Shown one piece after another: positions 58,092 to 64,000 of a stretch of 64,000 nucleotides of DNA. Numbering within the stretch: the stretch's first letter is position 1; each line of letters begins with the position of its first letter. The notes under the pieces were generated by a model, which was not told where the DNA came from, searched no databases, and saw nothing but the letters and a program-made list of their open reading frames with translations. The stretch is taken from assembly GCA_050298595.1 (NCBI GenBank), contig JBNKUM010000094.1, forward strand, positions 64,001-128,000. Reading direction: 5' to 3'. A program made the position numbers and the translations under genes. The DNA is from Gammaproteobacteria bacterium (lineage in GTDB: Bacteria; Pseudomonadota; Gammaproteobacteria; GCA-001735895).

Positions 58092-61000
58092 TTTATAAGC
58101 TCCTGCCATGAAAAGCGGCCTTCGGGGACATCGGGTAATTCCTTGACTTTTGTCGGTACGTCGGCGTCGTATTTAAGGTCTTCAATAAAAGTGGGTTCAG
58201 GTTGATAACCAGCCTGTTTTATGCCCGCAACAGCTCTCCCATTGACCAGATCATTTTGATCGACTACTCCATTCTTGGTGTAGTCAATTACCGCTTCCAG
58301 TGGCGATCCGCCTGTAGTCATATCGACGGCTAATTGCCAACCATGACCACCAGATGAGCAGGCATTCGATGCAGCGGGAATGAAAGTATTGAAGAAAACC
58401 GCGCCTCCACGCGCAATTGGATTGGTGACCGCGCGCTCACCACTATCCGTTAGATTAAAATACCATCCCATTTTGGTAGAGTAATCGACTGCGTTTCTGG
58501 AAATAAAACGAGTATCACCCGACGCCGAGGTCTCAATTGTTTGTGCGATTAGGTCGTCAGTACGGTTTAGTCCGGAGTCGCCATTATCCCAAACGCCATA
58601 GAATGACTGAGTAGTTGTAGTCGCGATATCCGCATTAACAAGGTATTGACCCGTACCAAAATAAACCATCATGTTCGGAGCATTGCTCGGACTGGAGGAA
58701 TAGGGAATGGTGGGGTGTTTGGCGATTACCGGTTTTGTGGTAATGGGTTGCCCGGCTTCAGCGGTAAACAGAGGTTTAGGGTCTTGGCCCGCTTTATAAG
58801 CGACACCCCATTGGGAGGTGGAGGCAGAAGACATATCAAAAGCCCACATATTGCCTCTAAGGTCTCCAGCATAAACCCGGTCCACAGTTCCGTTACCATC
58901 TGTATCTATCAGAGCGGGTGATGCGAGGCCGTTTCTATTGTTGGCGTCACCAACACCTGTGGTAATTTCAATGTAATCTCCTGCAGCCCAGCCATCCACT
59001 CCTGCTTCTATATCCAGAATGAATAGTTTGGCCTGACCGCTTCCCTGATCGTTGTATCCATTGCCAAAAATTGCGTACCAGCGTCCATTATTCGCCATGG
59101 CAATAGCGGGTCGGCTATAGCTGTAACCCAGGTCGTTGTCGTTACTGGATGAAAATTCCCACATGGCAACCTTGTTGGCATTGGATTCAGTAAGATTTGC
59201 CGGATTAGTAATATCAAGTGCGAATAAACCACGTCCACCGCCGCGTAATCCACCGATTAAAACCGTATGCCATCCGTTACCAAAGCCTGTGGTCAAGTAG
59301 ACATCAGATATGGTTGGGGTCAGGTCTACATACCACTGGTGTACGTAACCGGGGTCGGTCAGGTAATGGTATCCTTTATTGATAGTAGAAGAAGCCAGAA
59401 TATTTGGTGCATAGGCAAAGATCTCCTTTCCCCAGGTGGAGGCGCTGGTGTCGTCAAAGGCGTGAAGAAATCCATCATTGGCACCAACATATACAGTTTT
59501 AGCTCGAGTGTTTGATAGGCCGTTTTTAAAATCCGAATACCTCGACCCAGATGCCGAAGGAAAGGGGGCTGTATCCGGCCAGGCCAGGTCAGACTTGCCC
59601 ACAAAAACGGGGCCGGAGTTGACAATGTCTCCTAGCAGTGAAAGTCGAGATCTGAAACCTTGACTGGTTTCAGAAGATCTGTCACCTCGTAGATACTCAA
59701 GACGGGCTGAAGCAATTGCATCACTGTCGGTTCCGCCAAGCGGGTTGGTGCGTAAATCAGCCTGCATTTCTGCGCTCAGATTGGCGGTACTCCATTTAAA
59801 TGGAACGCCTGTAGTGCCGTTATGAGTGATGATATTACGATAAGCTGCAATGGCAGGGTCATTTGTATAAGGCCGTGCGTTGAGCTTTTCTTCCGCGCGC
59901 CAATTCGGTTCGTCAGCCAGAGTGCCCAGGGTAGTGTTTCCAATGGGGTAGGCAGCAAGGCTGCCCTGCCAGCGATTTGAATTGAATCGAGCAACATAAA
60001 CAACCGAGTTTGTTGTCAGCCTGCCAGAATTGACCGCTACTGCTGCACCTATAGCCGTGCGACTGGCGATGTCCTCGATCGCATCTGATAATGCAGTCTG
60101 TAACTGAGCTGGATTCGACGCATCCAGATATTTCCCCCGGGAATTGTATGCGGCATGCTCAAGATCATCGACCCTCCTTTCGTCTTTTGTACTGGTCGAC
60201 GCGTCTGGCCAGGCAAAAGTGGTGTCTGTAGTCGAGGGGTGCGTGGTCAGTGTTCCCTTAAGGCCTAGAGCGATCGTATAGGTGACCAGGTGCTGGTGCG
60301 TAGCCTCATCCACTCCGCTAATAGTAGGTACAATGTTGGGTAATCCACTTAAATCATGCTCATAATAGTACATGGCTATATCCGCCAGGGTGACGGAATA
60401 ATTATCAGCGTATCTGCCACCATCAAATCCATCAACCTGTGTTCCGTCATCATCTTTATCTGCGTTACCGTAAGTTTCAGTTAGGCTAGCTTCACCGGTA
60501 TCATTTAACGAGTTCCAGTATCCGTCAGATAAAAAGATGTCGAAATTCTGCTGGCATGAACCACCATCGGCTGCTGACTGGATGGGGGAAGGATATTGTT
60601 GGTCAACTGCGCTATCAAGAGTACCTTCGAACAGTTTCCCGATTTTGATCAGAGCTTCGCGCCCCGGTGTTCCCTTACATGTATTGGGATAAGGGTAATT
60701 CGAGCCGCCATCCTTGTCTTTGCCTCTACCGCAGAGAATCTCGTGACCGTACATGTTTTTTAGCAGTTCAAGTTTGTCAGCAGGGTTACTTAGACTTTTT
60801 ACGGTATATGTACTGAAGTTACCCGGAGGTGTGTAGTAGCCATTAAATGCCGAGTAACCGGAACGCACATTATCGGTATTCAAAATGGTATGACCTATCG
60901 CGTTCTTGGCAACATAGGAACGCTTGCGATGGTATTGGTACCAATTCGCGAAATTAAGGATTTCCTGGGCATACGTTCTTCCCGAAGGGTAGGTTCCGGC

Positions 61001-61738
61001 GCCAAAAGCATCGGCAGTCCCATCATTTCTGATTTCTATTTTTCTACCCTTCTCTCCTGCTTCGAGAACTCCAACGATATCACCTTTATCATCATCCCAT
61101 TCGTAATAGGTTGCAGGGTAAAGAGTGTCATCCTCCCATACGACATTGCTCTCATCCCAATCAGCGCCTACACCCACCTTGAAATTAATTGGAGCGGTAA
61201 GATTGATTGTGCCTGCACTCGGTTTATTAGGATCGAGCATGACTTGTGTGGCATCTGTAACATAATTATACAGTGGAGTGCCATCACTGTTGGATCCAGG
61301 CCAGGGTTTATAGTCAATCGCTGGGTTGTAATAAATTGCGTTTCCATGATGTGTTCGGGCTACCCAGGCGAGATCCCAGACTGTGGTAGAAGGAACAGTG
61401 AATTCGTACTCGTTCAGCGCTGTGGATTTCCCGTCTCTGCCATTGGCATAGTCGGGAATAACGTAACGTTTTTCTATGTAGCTAGTGTCCGTACTTTTTC
61501 TGTACTTTGGGTCTCCGTCATTGGTTTCAATGCCGGCAATTCCATTTCTCATCAGTGTTTCGAACTCCATACTTCCTGAGTCATCGATAATATAGAATAT
61601 ATTAGGCTCAACAGAATTGGATAGATATAGAGGTGAACTCGGTAGCGTGCCAAGTGGCGCAGCAGATGACATGGATGGCAAAAAAGTCAAGCAGGCAATG
61701 AGAAGGGACTGCGTAAATTGGATAAATTTGATGTCCAT
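58088..61738 (-). CDS. pilY1: Type IV pilus tip adhesin PilY1
   Basis: PNI..IIDDSGSM (MIDAS-like), LSDG, LGDIVNS.P, VGANDGFLHAF, DLGYSYS, Ca-loop DTDGNGTVD, YFGTG, GRFSWQEL; start MDIKF with GAGG RBS. Confidence 0.93.
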   Translation of the reverse strand: MDIKFIQFTQSLLIACLTFLPSMSSAAPLGTLPSSPLYLSNSVEPNIFYIIDDSGSMEFETLMRNGIAGIETNDGDPKYRKSTDTSYIEKRYVIPDYANGRDGKSTALNEYEFTVPSTTVWDLAWVARTHHGNAIYYNPAIDYKPWPGSNSDGTPLYNYVTDATQVMLDPNKPSAGTINLTAPINFKVGVGADWDESNVVWEDDTLYPATYYEWDDDKGDIVGVLEAGEKGRKIEIRNDGTADAFGAGTYPSGRTYAQEILNFANWYQYHRKRSYVAKNAIGHTILNTDNVRSGYSAFNGYYTPPGNFSTYTVKSLSNPADKLELLKNMYGHEILCGRGKDKDGGSNYPYPNTCKGTPGREALIKIGKLFEGTLDSAVDQQYPSPIQSAADGGSCQQNFDIFLSDGYWNSLNDTGEASLTETYGNADKDDDGTQVDGFDGGRYADNYSVTLADIAMYYYEHDLSGLPNIVPTISGVDEATHQHLVTYTIALGLKGTLTTHPSTTDTTFAWPDASTSTKDERRVDDLEHAAYNSRGKYLDASNPAQLQTALSDAIEDIASRTAIGAAVAVNSGRLTTNSVVYVARFNSNRWQGSLAAYPIGNTTLGTLADEPNWRAEEKLNARPYTNDPAIAAYRNIITHNGTTGVPFKWSTANLSAEMQADLRTNPLGGTDSDAIASARLEYLRGDRSSETSQGFRSRLSLLGDIVNSGPVFVGKSDLAWPDTAPFPSASGSRYSDFKNGLSNTRAKTVYVGANDGFLHAFDDTSASTWGKEIFAYAPNILASSTINKGYHYLTDPGYVHQWYVDLTPTISDVYLTTGFGNGWHTVLIGGLRGGGRGLFALDITNPANLTESNANKVAMWEFSSSNDNDLGYSYSRPAIAMANNGRWYAIFGNGYNDQGSGQAKLFILDIEAGVDGWAAGDYIEITTGVGDANNRNGLASPALIDTDGNGTVDRVYAGDLRGNMWAFDMSSASTSQWGVAYKAGQDPKPLFTAEAGQPITTKPVIAKHPTIPYSSSPSNAPNMMVYFGTGQYLVNADIATTTTQSFYGVWDNGDSGLNRTDDLIAQTIETSASGDTRFISRNAVDYSTKMGWYFNLTDSGERAVTNPIARGGAVFFNTFIPAASNACSSGGHGWQLAVDMTTGGSPLEAVIDYTKNGVVDQNDLVNGRAVAGIKQAGYQPEPTFIEDLKYDADVPTKVKELPDVPEGRFSWQELIK

Positions 61739-61757
61739 GATGGTTTCCTCGATTGAT

Positions 61758-62288
61758 TCAAAAAGCCTTGCCGTAGTAAGACTGAAGCATTCGCGCAGAG
61801 CGGTCTGATTGACCGAATCCGCGTGAAGTTGTTCTGAAGTTGGATACGGTAAATCCCGGTTGCTGTGTTCCGTATCCACCAATGTTGACCTTGGCGACTT
61901 CATTTTGCGAACGGTCGCCAAGGTATTTGATGATGAATTTGGGGTTGGTATAGACATTTGCTAAGGTTGCAGAGGATGTTTGCGAGTTATCACTACCCCA
62001 GCTGTCTGCTTTGAAGTAATCCGGGTCCAGAGTGTTTTCTGCGTATAAGCCATTTGTGTCATCAAAGTCATTCTTTGAAATGGTTGATCCGAGGACGCTT
62101 TCTGCAGAGATTAACCCCAATTCGGCTGATTGAAACGCGATGTCCGCATCGCGCATGTTACCGGCCATGGCAATTTCTGTTTGTGTGCCTTGAATGCTGC
62201 TTAACCCCAGCATGGTCAGAATAATTAAAATGACCATGCTCATGATTAGGGTAAAACCATTTTGCCTTTTATCTGTTGATAATTTCAT
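61758..62288 (-). CDS. pilX: Minor pilin PilX
   Basis: QNG|FTLIMSMVIL (no E5), MAGN.RD...AFQSAE. Confidence 0.88.
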   Translation of the reverse strand: MKLSTDKRQNGFTLIMSMVILIILTMLGLSSIQGTQTEIAMAGNMRDADIAFQSAELGLISAESVLGSTISKNDFDDTNGLYAENTLDPDYFKADSWGSDNSQTSSATLANVYTNPKFIIKYLGDRSQNEVAKVNIGGYGTQQPGFTVSNFRTTSRGFGQSDRSARMLQSYYGKAF

Positions 62289-62300
62289 TTTTCTAACTCA

Positions 62301-63296
62301 TTACCGTTTATTGCGTAACGCAATGGTGGTTGTAAATACCTGTCTTAATCGATTGTCAGTCGAGCTTAATGTCTGTCCATTAAAAAAGTAGCTCTGGGAG
62401 CCCTCGATGAAGGCGCTCTCGGGTGATCTTAAAAGTAACATGATGCGGATTGCAGTGACTTTATCCCAATCGGTTACACCGGTACTGTTAAAGTACTGAT
62501 TGGGTGTGCCATCGGAATCGCTATCGACGCCATACAGGATTTGCAGTTGTTCCACACCGTCGACGAGTTCGCTATTTGTTGCGAACACAGATCGGAACAG
62601 AGCCGGTTCTCCACTTTCGCCTGTTGCAATTGAGTAGGTTACGGTTTGCATCTTGAGGAGTGCAGAATCTCCACCGTATGTTTGTGACAGGCAATGTCCA
62701 CTTTGACAGGCATCGGGGTTGTAGTTACCGGGGGCAGTGCTATCTCCCGAATTATGGACAACAGAGATCTTGTTTGCTACATCACTCGGTGTAGCGTTGG
62801 TTACCTGGAAGATATCGGCACCGCGACAATTGCTTAATAAAACGATATCACCGCTTTTAACAAAACCGGTTACATTGATGAAAATCTGGGCAGATGTGGG
62901 TGAGTTATATGGTGTTAAAACGTTGGCCTGCCCTGGAGCCGCCCCTCGTATTACTAAGGTGTCAGAGCCGTTTAATCCGTCGTTTTCGGTGCCTTTGATA
63001 TCTGGCTGCCCGAAAAAATCATGCATGCTTTGATTATACCCTTCTCCCTCGGGGTTAAGATTGTTGACGAATTTTGTAGTTGCGCAGCCCCTAAAACCAG
63101 CCATTCGAATATCCTGGGTCATCTTTTCAATGGCAAAACGGCCATTCTCCTGAACCCTGGAGACGCCTTCGGAAAAACGATACGTGGCTTTGTTCGCTAC
63201 TAATACCTGTATCATGCCTCCGAGCAAAAACAGGCTGATTACCAGAGCAACCAGAATTTCAACAAGAGATAGGCCAAGTTGTTTGCGTATTCTCAT
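62301..63296 (-). CDS. pilW: Minor pilin PilW
   Basis: G|LSLVEILVA, QENGRFA...DIRMAGF, VDGVEQLQILYG, TIALRN. Confidence 0.9.
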   Translation of the reverse strand: MRIRKQLGLSLVEILVALVISLFLLGGMIQVLVANKATYRFSEGVSRVQENGRFAIEKMTQDIRMAGFRGCATTKFVNNLNPEGEGYNQSMHDFFGQPDIKGTENDGLNGSDTLVIRGAAPGQANVLTPYNSPTSAQIFINVTGFVKSGDIVLLSNCRGADIFQVTNATPSDVANKISVVHNSGDSTAPGNYNPDACQSGHCLSQTYGGDSALLKMQTVTYSIATGESGEPALFRSVFATNSELVDGVEQLQILYGVDSDSDGTPNQYFNSTGVTDWDKVTAIRIMLLLRSPESAFIEGSQSYFFNGQTLSSTDNRLRQVFTTTIALRNKR

Positions 63297-63787
63297 GGCA
63301 ATATCCCCATAGTTATGGTGTAACATGTCAGGTCGACGTTAGGATTTGCGCCACATGCAGTACCCGTAGCGCCGGTACCCTCGTCATCCCACATGACGAC
63401 CACATCTAATTGGCCATCAATGCCATCGGTTGCGCGAATTAATCCGCGCCCTGACGGAAGTGCAGAGAGTGCCTTGGACCAGTCTGTTGCATCGGCAGTA
63501 ATTAGATCTGATGTGGAGCAAGAAGTGCTGGTGCAATCCTTGTTATATCCGGTGTCGGTGTCAATTCCAATATAGTCATTAATTGCTGATTCGTTGGAAC
63601 GAATTCTATCAGCCATGTCGTAGGCGTTGAGCACAGCCTGGCTATGCCACAGAGCACTGGAATTCTGCTGAACTGAATTTATTTGCAGTGCAGCAATGCC
63701 CAGTAGACCGATTGATATGACCAATAAAGCAATCATGGACTCAATCAAGGTCACACCAGTTTGTTTTTGCTGTGTGGTCATGAGCAT
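63293..63787 (-). CDS. pilV: Minor pilin PilV
   Basis: QTG|VTLIESMIALLVISIGLLGIAALQ, DMADRIRSN, LPSG. Confidence 0.9.
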   Translation of the reverse strand: MLMTTQQKQTGVTLIESMIALLVISIGLLGIAALQINSVQQNSSALWHSQAVLNAYDMADRIRSNESAINDYIGIDTDTGYNKDCTSTSCSTSDLITADATDWSKALSALPSGRGLIRATDGIDGQLDVVVMWDDEGTGATGTACGANPNVDLTCYTITMGILP

Positions 63788-64000
63788 GAAACGGTTCCTC
63801 CCAAACGAATACGGCCGGTATTGGAAATCGATATGGCTTTGCCTTTACTAGCTCCTCGGTCATCGCAAATGGAAAATGTAGAGCTAGAATTGGGTGAAAA
63901 CCCCCTGTTATCGTAAATGATTGTAGAACCACCGGAGCTTACTAGTGTGGTCCCGCCAGTAAGTGCTTCGTGCACTTTGATTATTTCGTCGCCATCACTT
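63778..64000 (-). CDS. fimU: FimU/FimT minor pilin, C-terminal part (truncated by window edge)
   Basis: I.YD.RG, TFSICD.RG, I.ISNTGR.R typical of the FimT C-terminus; upstream of pilV. Confidence 0.75.
   Translation of the reverse strand, partial: SDGDEIIKVHEALTGGTTLVSSGGSTIIYDNRGFSPNSSSTFSICDDRGASKGKAISISNTGRIRLGGTVSCS

Noticed and set aside
60890-61579. 229-aa plus-strand ORF
   Set aside because: Antisense shadow of pilY1 with no recognisable motif; the other short nested ORFs in the track were dismissed the same way.
61739-61957. 73-aa N-terminal extension of PilY1 in the ORF track
   Set aside because: Overlaps pilX; the signal peptide and GAGG RBS indicate a start at 61738.

Overview
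A 64 kb chromosomal window from a gammaproteobacterium (probably marine or environmental; inferred from synteny, not proven). Positions 1-15.3 kb are housekeeping genes: argB, pyrE, xthA, ampG, thiDE, hemL, yajL, yibQ, ctpA, envC, an ArsR regulator, a rhodanese, grxC, secB, gpsA and trmL. Positions 15.6-28.5 kb hold an MSHA pilus locus (mshIJKLMNEGF, an inverted mshA, mshCDOP); mshH, mshB and mshQ were not found. Positions 28.6-48.6 kb hold a second, near-complete type IV filament system that I cannot assign to a characterised class. It encodes a sigma54 response regulator, ExeA-like ATPase, secretin, TPR protein with a D-x-T repeat tract, assembly ATPase, platform protein, alignment-like proteins, three related Cys-containing pilin-like proteins, a multi-TM histidine kinase, an ABC transporter, and a probable major pilin. 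That pilin has a sigma54 promoter and tandem enhancer-like sites. An O-antigen-ligase/TPR gene follows. The remainder is ntrC-ntrB-glnA with NtrC boxes, a CDF transporter, tusA plus a ThiI/MnmA-like thiouridylase, and a T4aP minor-pilin operon (fimU-pilVWX-Y1-Y2-E). No rRNA, tRNA, CRISPR array or mobile element was seen. All calls are by-eye motif and synteny recognition; no database searches were run.
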